NCBI GenBank assembly: GCA_000934665.2
Contig: KZ539013.1
Location: forward strand, 1 to 36,688
Origin: Catajapyx aquilonaris
Taxonomy: Eukaryota
Reading direction: 5' to 3'
Length of the DNA: 36,688 bases
This document shows positions 10,939 through 23,220 of the stretch, one piece after another. Position 1 is the first letter of the stretch. Each line of letters starts with the position of its first letter. Both the position numbers and the translations under genes were made by a program. The notes under the pieces were generated by a model that did not search any database, was not told the origin of the DNA, and saw nothing but the letters and a program-made list of their open reading frames with translations.

Positions 10939-10985
10939 ACAGCTCTTATGAGGCTGGAGGTCCCGGCTTCGATTCCTGGCCATAC
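10939..10985 (+). pseudogene. tRNA-like 3' half (SINE head remnant)
   Basis: acagctcttatgaggctggaggtcccggcttcgattcctgg aligns with the 3' half of the tRNA-like element at 32449-32522; the B box is degenerate. Confidence 0.5.
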
Positions 10986-11636
10986 CACCGCTTAATATCC
11001 TCAGGGCCTGGAGCCTGGAAAATACATTACAGAACGGAGGTTAACAACCCTACCAGATATGGATGATTTACGGGCCGAAACAAGTAGGGCTGATCAGCCT
11101 TCCTAGAATCCCAGCCTTACCATATTGAACCATTTTTTGGGAAGGAATTTTGAAATGTGTAATTTATGAGCCGCCATTCACAGGCCACTTATTAGCCAAC
11201 TAGGTGCGTACATTATTTATTAATAAACCATGATCACTCTTTCTAGTATAGCACGCACATAATAGCCACCGACTGGCCTATTCACGTCGGAAGCGTGCTG
11301 AATTAGTATCAGCCATTAAATTTGTCACACCTGGCATCAATACACTCGCAATTAGGCATCAGAAGCGCGATTTTCCGTTGAATAGAACGGTTTCGAGTGG
11401 CTGGCCATGGCGGATCAGGTTGAGAAGACGTGGGGTCGGATTACAGCAGCCACGGCACCCCCTAGACTGCCCAGCTTGATAGATAGAGAAGCTGGTGAGG
11501 CAGACAAACGAGCCGTTTCCTGTGCTTTTCCTCTCGGAAAATCAAAGTAAGAGGTCGTGTTGCTGGCTGCTGCTGGGGGGGGGGGGGGGGGGGGGGGAAG
11601 GAAGTGGCCACGGGGAAGGGGAGGATAGAGTGAACC

Positions 11637-11776
11637 NNNNNNNNNNNNNNNNNNNNNNNNNNNNNNNNNNNNNNNNNNNNNNNNNNNNNNNNNNNNNNNN
11701 NNNNNNNNNNNNNNNNNNNNNNNNNNNNNNNNNNNNNNNNNNNNNNNNNNNNNNNNNNNNNNNNNNNNNNNNNNNN
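11637..11776. other. Assembly gap (140 N)
   Basis: N run near poly-G tracts. Confidence 1.
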
Positions 11777-14700
11777 GGGGGGGTTTGTTTGGATTTTAGG
11801 CGGTATGGGACTTTTTTTTTAAAGGAACTACTGTATAAGGAACTGGGGCAGGTTCATGGATATTTGAGGTGGTGGCGGTTGAAATTTGGCAAAAAAAGCT
11901 GGTTTCAATTGACTAAGTTTTCCGATTTTTAGCACGTGTCGCAAACTTGTTAAGAGAAGGAGGCGGGGCCTAGCAAGTATCACACGCTGGCAGGTTGCCA
12001 ACGCAAATTGCGGGAGGTCCGGAAGTAAACATGCTAAGGGTGTGTATGAACGCAAAACTGAAGTCCGATTATGCAGGGGATCCGATCTGCTTATTTTCGC
12101 AATAATTGCACTGACACTTAATGGTTATCAAAAATATCAGTTACTAATATTAGGCCTAACTGAATATTCAATTCAACACATATAGCTATCAAAATTCTGC
12201 GGAGAAATTCAGAATCGGAGGGCGTAACATATGCCCTGCTGGAGCACACTGATGTATCGAATTTTTATGATCTTCTCGAATAAACATTTTTATTCGTCTA
12301 CAACAAAAAAAATTGGGAGCCGACATCGATATTTTCACATCAGCGGCGTCGACTTTTCAAACCCACTCTAGTGTGAAAGATGCAGCGTTGAATATTTAGA
12401 TGTGAGTCATCGAGACGGGCCCAAGAAAGTGCATGTGGTGCTGACATGACAGCTATAACCTCGAGTGTATTAGGAAGCGCAATGTCAAGTCCAGTGCAAG
12501 TCGGAAGATTTCTACATGAATAATTGATGTAGCAGCAGGGGGCTACCAAAGTGGATGGAAGACATTTTGGAAAGAGTAACCCCCCCCCATTTATTATTAT
12601 TCTACAGGGCGGACATTCCAACCATAATGTAGTCACTTACAATCTGAGCCTTTTGTTTTTTGGGGGTGTAAAAGTGGGGCATCTTTATGGGAAAGTGATG
12701 CTGCCATCTGGAGATGGATGGTTGTATGTCGTGGTGGGGGTCCATGTTGATTTAGGCCAGGGTGTGGTATAATTCGCATGAGCACAATCAGATCGCGCCT
12801 GGCCGATACACACGGTTGTAATCCGTTTCCCACACACGCCGAGCTGGTGGCACGGCACATCTGTCAATGGCGCAATGCATATATATTTTTACTACTAGTT
12901 GCCATGGTGACACTAGACGTCATGCGGTTCTTGCCATCGTCACGGAAAATTCGAGCCCGAGGATTTTTTTATATATAAAAAAACCGGGGTCTAAATCCTA
13001 TTTTCCTATTTTAGTTCACCTGTCAGGTACGGTTCAGATGCGATTAGGAGTCCCATTTTTGGAAATCAGATTTTTTTTCGAAACTCTTTTAGTAGTCATG
13101 TACTGTAGACAGGGATTGTGCAGAAACGTAAGAAACTGGAAAGAACTTAAAGCAGATAAACGTGTGGTGTGTTAACCTGAACTGTACACCATTCAGCTTA
13201 TTTGAATGAAAAATTCAATCTTGAAAAGCGGAGATGAAGGTTAAAATATTACCACCGGAGATTAGTAGTGGACCACCCTCCGTGAAGTCGAAAACCATAT
13301 TTCCTCCAGCTGATACAAGACCAGTTTAGAGTAGAGCACGTGGTAGCAAATTTGCTTCAGGGGAGGATAACAGCGTAAAAGAGCTCGTTTTTTTAACTCT
13401 TCTTTTTTTTTATAGGGGTCCCTAGGTATATTCTAAAGAGGGGGGGGGGATCCAGTTTCGTGTGCATTGAGGCTTCAACATATTTTGAACACAAGGTAGG
13501 GTGACTCAGGTTGGGTATAGGGCTAGTTAAAAGGCATGGCGAATTGAATTACATCGGCTTAATCCCCATTCTTTGCGTGTGATCAAAATGTGATCGAAAA
13601 TGTTTAGTTAGGGTATGGTCACACTATACTAGAATTTGATGAATAGCATCTGCGCAATCTCCCAAATCCTAAATTTCAAACCGCTCGCTATTTGAACACA
13701 AATGCTGGCAATTTAAGCATCCGTGGACCATGACTACAATTTAAGGAGTAAAAAGTGACCGGATATGCTGGCCGCAATTTCAACCCCCCCAGTAGTACGT
13801 CTAAATCCAGCCCATGGGCAAAAATTCCATTTCGTTCCGCTGGCGTCAGCCCCCCCTCCTTCGACAGGATTGGGAATTTTCTGAGCATGCAGAAAGCTTC
13901 TTAAGGATGCTGCCGACGCTGCGGCAATAAATTGCCGAGCCCTGGGTTAGTTGGCAATTCAACTCGGCGCCGGCTTAGGAACTGCGGAACTTCAAATTTC
14001 CTTCCGAATCATGCTTTTCTGTGTTTGCCTGAGGGGGTTTTACTGGAAGAGAAAAGCTCGAGCTGGTCATCCTGCAAACTCAAGCTGGCCACCCTGCAAC
14101 TCTAATGGTCGCCATTGCTGCGCACCAGCTCAGAGCTTACAAATTCAAACACTACACCTTTTAGACGACTCGAATCAGTTAGGACACGTATTGATGCTGA
14201 TGATAGAGTGGCTAGGAGTTCCTTGATTCTTCAGGATGCAATTTGTGAGCCGCTTTTGTTGCTGGCTGTGAACCCCCCTCAAACCAGCCATTGTCTTGGA
14301 TATTGGATTCCAGTCCCTGCTGGCCGGACCCCCTCCTCTCTTTGGAATAGCCCCAGTTTGATTGCTAAAGTTTGGCACCCGGTACCTGACAATGGGACAA
14401 GGGGGTATCTTTGCAACCACCTGGATGGCTAAAATAAGCAGTGCAACCTGCAGTTCTAGCAGCTGTGTGTAGTGTCAATATGGTGATACTGGAGGTAAGC
14501 TTTTAGTTCATTAAATGGGGCCCTAGGTAGTATGAGGTTTATTGCCCTCCGACGCCTTTGTAGGTTGCAAGCAGGTGGGCTCATGCTTTTGAAAGTGTCG
14601 AACTATAGGAATGCATGGGGTGGCTTACGTAAGTGCGGTATCGGGTACCTTCAGGGTATATGGCTGTATTAGCTGGCAGGGTGGTCCAACATGATATAAT

Positions 14701-17700
14701 AGCAGTTTTCTACTCAGCAAAAAAGTGTTAGGTTACGCATAGCAATATGATGTAATTGTCCGAACCAAAAGAAAAAAAACTGTTATATGGACACCCTGTG
14801 CAGACTCTTTTTTGCTTGACTCCATGCCAATCGCAGAGTTGGGTACATTTGAAAGTATTGTTACAGGGTGATTGCCAAATGATATGCCATCAGTGGTATT
14901 AAGCGGATTGGATTTGTTCCATAGGATTTGTGCGGATCCACTCGACTTTTGTGATTTTGTATCACTCGGTGTAAAGGACGGCCCCGAGTTGACGTTTGAT
15001 AAAACAAGTAACATTGTTCCTAGTGCTTTATGGATTTCCATCCCCAGCTTAGAGAGAAGGATCATCCGTCACACTTGCGAAAGGAGGACAGTAACCGATG
15101 GCGACTGGTCGGAGATGAAATAACAACAAAAAAAAAAGACAACTCGTTAAGATGGTCACATGAGGTCATAAACTCAGTGGTCATAAATTAAGCAGAGAAC
15201 AGACTTTCGTGCTTTCCGTACAAGATTTTTTTTTGTCTGTGTGTGCATGAAATGAAAATGTGGATTCTAATGTCGCCTCAGTCTCCAGAATCCGCATGAA
15301 TGTAATGGGGCATGAAACCGTCGCGTCGTTTGTGTTTGTGAGAAACTTTCCACAAGCCTTCCCCTCTCCTTTGGCCGGTATTAATAAGGTCTATTAACAG
15401 TCCATAATGAGGGCTTATTTTCCGCTTTAATTAGCCTTCCTTTTAAATGGCGGGGGGGAAGGAAAAGGGCAATTTGGTTGCGATGCAGGGTAGTTTTAGC
15501 GATGAAATTTGACGCTTTAATTAAAAGTGGCGAGCATGTCTTGTTACTCAGGTAGGTAGTGATTACACGTGTGTTTCTCTCACGTCAAAGGGGATAAGTA
15601 GTCAAGAGCAGGGCAGCAGGTGATAATCATAACGCACCCAGTAGGTGGATTGGCACCGTGGGAAATTAGGGTTCTTTCTGAGTGATTCATGGTCAACACA
15701 AGTCACAACCGCATTTAATTTTTAACTGGGGTCCAGTTACCAAAATTAGGCAAAAAATTAGGCAAAAGTGCGAAATTGAAGGGTGGAAGGGGGTGAGACG
15801 CGCACTGCGACATCCTACGGTGATGCGCAGAAGCGAGTTGGCCGCACCCAGCCGGTAACGCTACCCAGCTGTAACGGCAGAAATGGGAATTCCGTGGTCG
15901 GCCTTTTTTTGCGTTTTTTTGCAGTTCCCCCTTCATTTGAGCTTTACGAAGTTCCTCGGCACCGTTTCCAAAAACACAAAAAGGGGTTTGCAAATATAGA
16001 AAACGCGGGCTAAATTTTGACACTACTCCCAATGCTGTAGGCCGTACACAGCGGGAAGAGTTGCCATCACAATAAGATTTTAATATTTAATATTTTAATT
16101 TTTGACAAACTTTCATGTCACTTTGTTCTCGACAGTACCCTGTAGAATTCAATAGGTCCAACCATAGTGGTGGCTATGTGAACATGGGGGGTCCGGTCTC
16201 CAAGGCGATTTGTACCGTCGTGCATTGCATCTCATTTGGCCGATGACCATGGCCACCTCCCCCCTGTGTTTGCCTGCGGGATGCCCCAAACCTTCTCTGC
16301 CTGCTAAACACCGAGTCTGGAATAATGAATCTAGGCCCTCTGCGGTTGCTTCTGTGGAGCTTTGGACAAGTCAAATTACTCTTGAGATGCGCGGATCTGC
16401 TACTGCATGACCAGGGGTAAATGGCCCGTGAATTTGCATGCTTTTGAGCAAGTTGGACGCCGGCCTATTTCGGACTGGAGTTTCGTGGAGTTTCAATTCT
16501 ATGCATGCTTGAACCCTAGATTTTAAAGGAAGGAAATTAGCTGGGGTTATTTTTAAAATATGGGTCAAATTTAGTATGGAAACAGTTTTGTCGCAGTATG
16601 TGTAAATAAGGTATGTGACAGGATCTCTTGCAGTATTAAGTGTGATGGGAACGGTTCCAGCCGCGCCAGGAGAGTTACATGGGGATTTTGGTTGAATAAA
16701 TGGATCCAGCTTTGTGAGGACTGAGAATTGCTGAAACGTGCTATTTTCGACCATTGGTGGGTCGGAACAGTTTGAATAGAATTGAAATTGTTGGTTCGCG
16801 ATTCAATTCTTGCCTCAGGTGGGAATGAGCCGGGTTTAAAATAATCGGCACTAATAGCGTAGAATTAGACAGAAAAAGTAGGTGGAGCTGCTCAAAGGTT
16901 ATTTTCCCCCCAAAAATATGTATCACAATGCCTTGTTGATGAAGGTAGGAAACACATTTCTAAGAAAGAGTGTCATTTTTTTCTGCCAAGGATCCTTCAC
17001 TGTGTCACTTTTTTTGGCTCCTTAAGAAATGTAAATTGTATGCAATTACCTGCATGCACCGACAGATTCTAGAGTGCCTCGAATGCTTCGGCACTTGCTG
17101 TCATGTCTTCTACATCTAATTATTTCCTGATTGGTATTCTGGTCTTGTAAGTGACCACTTTAGGCCCTTAGGGTATCCCTCCGCATGAACCGCATGAAAG
17201 CGGATCATGAAACAATAATTTTGACCATTGTCATCTGAGAGTTTTTATATATAAAAAAAGCTCTGAATTTTTGCGGTTACAGAGGATTGCATAACCTCAG
17301 AGGATATGTCAGACACGCTTGTAAAGAGATGACGACAGGCACCCTGCAGGGTACATGATTTTTGTCCACCTAAATGGCCAGAACGGATCCCTTTGTGATG
17401 TTGATAATCCCGACAGCCATTTTTAAGGGTATTAAGTTGATAAGCGCGTTACAATCAAAGGGACCTCGTAAAAAATTGCGAGTGTGCGTTTAGTGTACGT
17501 TGAATGCTATACAATGTGTTAAGATAAGTCATATCTCTTATTCTGACCTTTCCTTTGATTTAAAGCCGCGCACGTCCCACTCATTGTGCTGGTGACATGC
17601 ATTTTTTTTTTGTCTGGAAAGTTATACAGTTCTTCCGGAAATAATTGCCGGATTCAGTGTTTGCTGGGCCGAGTGTCAGCAGCAGTAAGGGTTTAAGGGC

Positions 17701-18749
17701 ATTTTGATAGTTTGCGAGACACAATTAATTATAAACTTTGGGACTCGATTACATCGGTGGAATTTACTAACAGAGCTGGTTCTACTTGCCTGAGCATTTT
17801 CATTAATATACTCTGATTTCATGAATTACTTGAAAATAGTGCAAACTGTAAGCACGATCGAGAATACTGACGACTGACGTACTGTATGTGAGTCATATAA
17901 CTAACCAAAATCCTGTAGCGCGGTTTGTATATGCGCTGACCCCCCCCCCCCCCCCCCCCTACCCCTCCCGGAACCAAGATATTATTTATGAATAATGCCG
18001 CTTGCACACGCTGTACCGCATCCTCATTTAAAGTTTCATTAATTTTTGCGCGGGACACTCATATTGCGGAGGGAATCTAATTTGAAATGCACTCAACCAG
18101 ACCTTTCTAGCCCGCAAATGCAAATCTGGAGCTTCCGGGTTGGGGGAACAGGAGAATTCCCAACTTGCGTCAAAATCTGAATTTTCCATAGGATTCGACA
18201 AAAATTGATCACATTGATTGGGTTTGGCGAGAGTGGCCGCACTCTCGCAGGAGTTACAGAGGTGTGGTATATATACAAGCTACAAGGTGACCTAGAAATG
18301 CCAGCTATTGTTTAGCACTATATAAAATATGTGTAATAGCTGTTGCCATCGCATTGTCCCGTTTATCGCCAACCGACTTGCCCAACTTCTCCAATTTATG
18401 AACACCTAATTGCTGTAGGCTCATTACCGGCTAAGGTATTAGTGGAGGTATAAGTGCGAGCAATGAAAAGCCCCAGGGCCTATATATGCCAGCGTTAATC
18501 GTTTGTATCGCCACACGCTGGCCGTGTTTGTGAAAGCTTTCAGGTATGATAAGTATCGTCTGTTTACAGCGGATATTAACGGCTCATATGTGTAATTAAC
18601 CATGTATAGGTAAGGCTATTAATTTTTAGCCGTATCGGTCTCGCTATTGACATGAATTATCCGTCCTTGTTGCTTATGCACTATGTAATTACTAATTAGC
18701 TATAGTGTCCTCTATATACAAGTACATGTGTCGTGCACTTATAAGAAAG

Positions 18750-18750
<1 letters not shown>

Positions 18751-18825
<75 letters not shown>
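18751..18825. repeat. (ATT)25 microsatellite, possibly the 3' tail of a LINE/SINE
   Basis: 75 bp of perfect ATT. Preceded by gtgcacttataagaaagc, reminiscent of L2/CR1-type 3' ends (weak). Confidence 0.95.
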
Positions 18826-19040
18826 GCTGCTGCCATATTTGGGCCACTTTGGGGCTTGGCAAGCAGCGATGTTTGTGCGGTATTGTGGCTCCAGCAAATG
18901 CAATTTTCGTGTCGCTACTCCGGAAATTTCAGGCTCTAAAAGCGTAGCACTTTCAAGATGAATGCCGCAGATTTGACATCAGAAAGACGGGAGAAAATCA
19001 GTGACCAGGCAGGTACCTCTCATTTTCGAGCCACCCTGTG
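18826..19040. mobile_element. Possible right end of a Tc1/mariner-type element
   Basis: Ends ggtacctctcattttcgagccaccctg, i.e. CAGGGTGGCTCGAAAA on the minus strand, like the other CAGGG ends in the window. No left TIR and no clean TA. Confidence 0.3.
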
Positions 19041-19742
19041 TAGTCGATAGTTCGGTTCATATAGCCAGCGTACTAGCAGCCTCCCGGGATTCATTTCCAG
19101 GTTGATGACCCAGCTCCAGCCATTGATTCACACCGCGCATGTGTAAGGAAAAAGGCCCGGAAAGTGCGGAAGGTATTTCGTATACACCCGTCGTACGTAG
19201 TTTTCGCGCCAATTCAATCTAGGAATATATTTGACATCTCTAGTTTCATGCATGAGAAATAGGTAGATTTATTGCATTTTCGTATCCAATCTGTGGGCTT
19301 TTGACCTCTGGACGTATCAGAATTGCATAGGCCAGACCTATCCAACAGACGCAGGAAAATCTCCAGAGGCTCCCATCAAAGTTTCAGCAGCGGGCCATTA
19401 GAGGCAGAGCAGATGGTTTCCAGCCATCTAGACACCCTGTGGTGAATGAGTTAGACGAGCATTTTCTAGCCCGTTTTTTGATATTTGTTTCTGGCTGGCT
19501 AGGACGTTGGATGGCGCACCGGCTTATTTTACGCAGCCTTCTTCCTGTCATCACCAATCTCACTTGGGCTTATCATCAAGAGCACTCAGGGCCTTCTCCG
19601 CCAATTGCAGCTCGAGTCGCATGCTGCCTGCTCTTTTATCTCACTTTTTTACTCTCCCTAGCTACCCCACTGATAACGGAATACTTTTGCAGCGTTGTTC
19701 CATCAGTTGGAAATATTTTTGGGAAGTGGAAAACCCTGAGGG

Positions 19743-20057
19743 CAGTGGCGGCCCTAGACTTTGCGGGGCCCTGGGCCATTTACTTAAGCGGGGCCCTAAT
19801 GTTTTGGAGAGGGGTCTTCAGTGGCGGTTCCCGGATTTTTTCTAGGGGGGGGGGGGGCAAGGGTATAGGTTGTGTGGGGGGCTGTTCACATGGCCCGCCG
19901 CAGGCGAAAAAATTTTCAGGTTCAAGGTCACAACCCTTACTCGTGACCCCAAATTTGGAGTCACGAACGAAAAATTGCACTGTTCTAGAGGGTTTTTGCG
20001 AGTCGGTTATGGCGGGCGCGGGGCCCCGCTAGTCGCGGGGCCCTGGAGCCGCCCCTG
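19743..20057. mobile_element. hAT-superfamily MITE with perfect 8-bp TSD
   Basis: TIRs CAGTGGCGGC / GCCGCCCCTG, TSD cctgaggg at 19735-19742 and 20058-20065, and multiple gcggggccc subterminal repeats. Confidence 0.85.
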
Positions 20058-22657
20058 CCTGAGGGAAACACTCCTGGGTTCAATACACTACTACGGAAGC
20101 AGCGTGCGCCAGCTACTGATGTCAATTTCGGTTACAAAGAGCATTTATGACTGGTTTTATGCATTGTTGGATTAAAAAATTAGGATCGGAAATTTGGAGT
20201 CCGGTTATAGCCATTTGACACCAAGAGATTGTGCTAAGGCAGACGATGACCGTTGAGGGTTCACATTACGGAGTCCGATGGCATGTGGTGTCTGGTTCAG
20301 GTCGTGATCAGCAGTCATTACAGCCAATAGAATTCCCGCCTGAGAATCTATAGTGTGGGGATCTGGGGATCGGTGGGGATGAAGACATCAATGTTGTTCA
20401 TGACTAGAATGCAGTGGTTTGCACAATGGTGCCAATGATCCCAAATATGGCGGAAGGGGTTTGATGGTCGTAAATTTTGGTCGGAATGTATTAAGAGTGA
20501 TAAATTGGACAACATGGTGATGGTGATTAGGAGCTTGACATTGGAACAAGCCGAATACGGTGCGGTTGTGGCCATGTTGGCGAATTCATGGTAATTAATA
20601 AGGGAGGGCCAGGGGGCATGGTAGACCTCGAAGGTGGTAAGGTTACGATCGATAAATCGACTCCGGTATTGTTTCTGGGTGGTAATTTGATACGGTTTTT
20701 CTCATGGCATTACAATTCATTAACTCTGCATTGTAATGGACGTTGACATTCAGGTGTCAGGTTTCAACCAATTTGGGCAAGATCCTGTTAGCTTGAGACT
20801 GACAGGTGACGTCGTCATGGTAACACGAGCGCATATTAACAAACTGGCACTTTATCCCGAATTTAATCTACGAAATTAATTTTCAATGCTATTTACCGTA
20901 GGGGTCGAAGGATTGAAAATATAAGCTCTCAGCTCGATAACTGATTAAGGCGAGAAAATTCTTGAAAGCAAAAAAAAAAAAGTTACAAGGTGATATCTTC
21001 CCATCCCATCTTTCTCACAGAACATTAATTCTGGGGCACAAAATAACCATTTTAAGGACGGCCCTCGAAACCTTGCCTAGAGCAAGGTGAACTTTTGGGA
21101 AGGGAAAATCCACTTGGTTCGAAAACATACAGGTTCTACTCTACAGGTCTATAAGCCGAAGGAATAACGTTATCTCTTTAAAGTTCAATTATTGCCTTGC
21201 TTTCACAATTGGGCAAGACCAAATAGTTGGGCATTAAGAAGTAGTTTCTAGAGCCATGATCTGACATTTTGGAGGCGGATAATGAAGCCGGGAGAGCGTG
21301 ATAGGGCATGGAATTCCTGAATTGTTACTCATTATAAATTCTGGCTCCCGATTTGCATACGCATCTAAAAATGCATGGCGGGACTGAAAAATAAAAGCGT
21401 GGGAAACCACCACGAGGCAAATTTGATGAACCGAGTAACCAGCATGAAATTAGGCTTGATACGACTTTGGATAACATATTACTACTGTCGGATCTATTTT
21501 GCAATGGCATGAGCGCATGACACATTTTTTAAGAGCCTATTTTTTTAAAAAATATTTAAAATTAATCTCATATGTCTGGTAGCTAAATAAGGCTTGGAGC
21601 ATTAATCTGTCAAGCTAAGATGCTACTTTTGTCTGAAGTGAAAGTGTTCGTGCTTGAGTAGCAGTAGGCTAATGGTGATGAAGATTTTTTGAAGGTGTAA
21701 CCATACCTTTCTACCCCCGCTGATTTGGATCCCCTCCTAGCAGCCAACGTAATCAATTGGTGTCAGGAAAATGCTGGAGGGAGAAACTTTGGACATGGGG
21801 GCTCAGACCTAATAGAACGTCGGGTAGACGTTCTTCATGCCTAATATCAGACTGCCTGTATTGCTGGGGAGAAAGGAATTACCCTGCACCATTGTGGGTC
21901 TGACGTTTTCAACCCCTTTTTTTCGGATGCGTTCATAAAACATGGTGGTATTGCGGATGGGGAGCTGTGGAAGATTTTCATGTGGGGTTGGACCACATTG
22001 CCTAAATTTATGTAGCGCGAGTGGAGGGGTCCACATCCCTTATATATGGGGGTAAAAACGACGGGGGTTTTCATGGTGTGGAAAAGGTGACTAAACTACA
22101 TTTTAGGGTGAGTTCAGAAGAAATTCGTTGAAAATTGCGTCAAAACTGCCAATAATTCTATAACGTTGGTATCAATGCAGTGGTCCATTAACCTGAATGA
22201 ATTGTGACAAGTTCGCTCTGCTGTAGGTTGGAAGCAAGTCTATTAATGAACCTATTATAGTTGCCTGAGGTCGGTACACGCCTGAAAGCATATGACAAAA
22301 AATCATGCGACTGGAAGGATGAAAGTTCTGTCACGTTGTGCCATTCGTTTATGGCCATTTTTTTCTTCTCCAAATGGCAGGTTAACCACCGAAATAGGAC
22401 ACTGATTTCCACTGATACCACTCCAGCCAGCAAAGAGTTGAGTGGGCAGTATGGTGGTTGAGCTTCAAGTGCAACCCACAGAATCATCCCAGTTAGATAT
22501 TATTAACATCGTTGCACCAAGGAGCCCCGTCCGCATTCAACCACACCACTTTCATGCAGATTGAACAAGCAGTACTCAGAATAAACGAGCCCTGTTATTG
22601 AAATCAAAATAGTTCAACCCAGGCTAACAATACGTTGCATCTAGCTGGACTAAGGGT

Positions 22658-23220
22658 GTATCGACATAGACAACTTTCCATCAGAGTATCGACATATAGA
22701 TAGATAACTTTTCATCGGAGTATCGAAATATAGACAACTTTCCATCGGAGTATCGAAATATAGACAACTTTCCATCGGAATATCGATATATTGACAACTT
22801 CTCATAAGAGTATAGATATGTTAACAACTTCTCATGGGAGTATAGACAACTTTCCATCGGAATATCGATATATTGACAACTTCTCATCGGAGTATAGACA
22901 ACTTTCCATCGGAATATCGATATATTGACAACTTCTCATCGGAGTATAGACAATTTTCCATCGGAATATCGATATATTGACAACTTCTCATATAAGAGTA
23001 TAGATATATTAACAACTTATCATCAGAGTATAGACAACTTTCCATCGGAATATCGATATATTGACAACTTCTCATAGGAGTATAGATATATTAACAACTT
23101 CTCATAAGAGTATAGATATATTAACAACTTCTCATCGGAGTATAGACAACTTTCCATCGGAATATCAGGAGTATAGACAACTTTCCATCGGAATATCAGG
23201 AGTATAGACAACTTTCCATC
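22658..23220. repeat. Complex minisatellite (~22 and ~30 bp units; 52-bp higher-order unit)
   Basis: Repeated core GACAACTTTCCATCGGA / GACAACTTCTCATCGGA. The 52-mer tatagacaactttccatcggaatatcgatatattgacaacttctcatcggag recurs at 22841, 22893 and (imperfectly) 22945. Confidence 0.95.

Noticed and set aside
18705..18961. Poly-Tyr and poly-Leu ORFs
   Set aside because: They are translations of the (ATT)25 microsatellite.
19439..20032. 197-aa hydrophobic ORF resembling a membrane protein
   Set aside because: It runs through a MITE with a perfect TSD and a poly-G tract, has a non-ATG start, and shows no recognisable family.
22658..23220. CRISPR-like array and the repetitive ORFs over it
   Set aside because: There are no unique spacers, the units are tandem variants, the context is a eukaryotic intron and no cas genes are present. 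The ORFs are by-products of the repeat.
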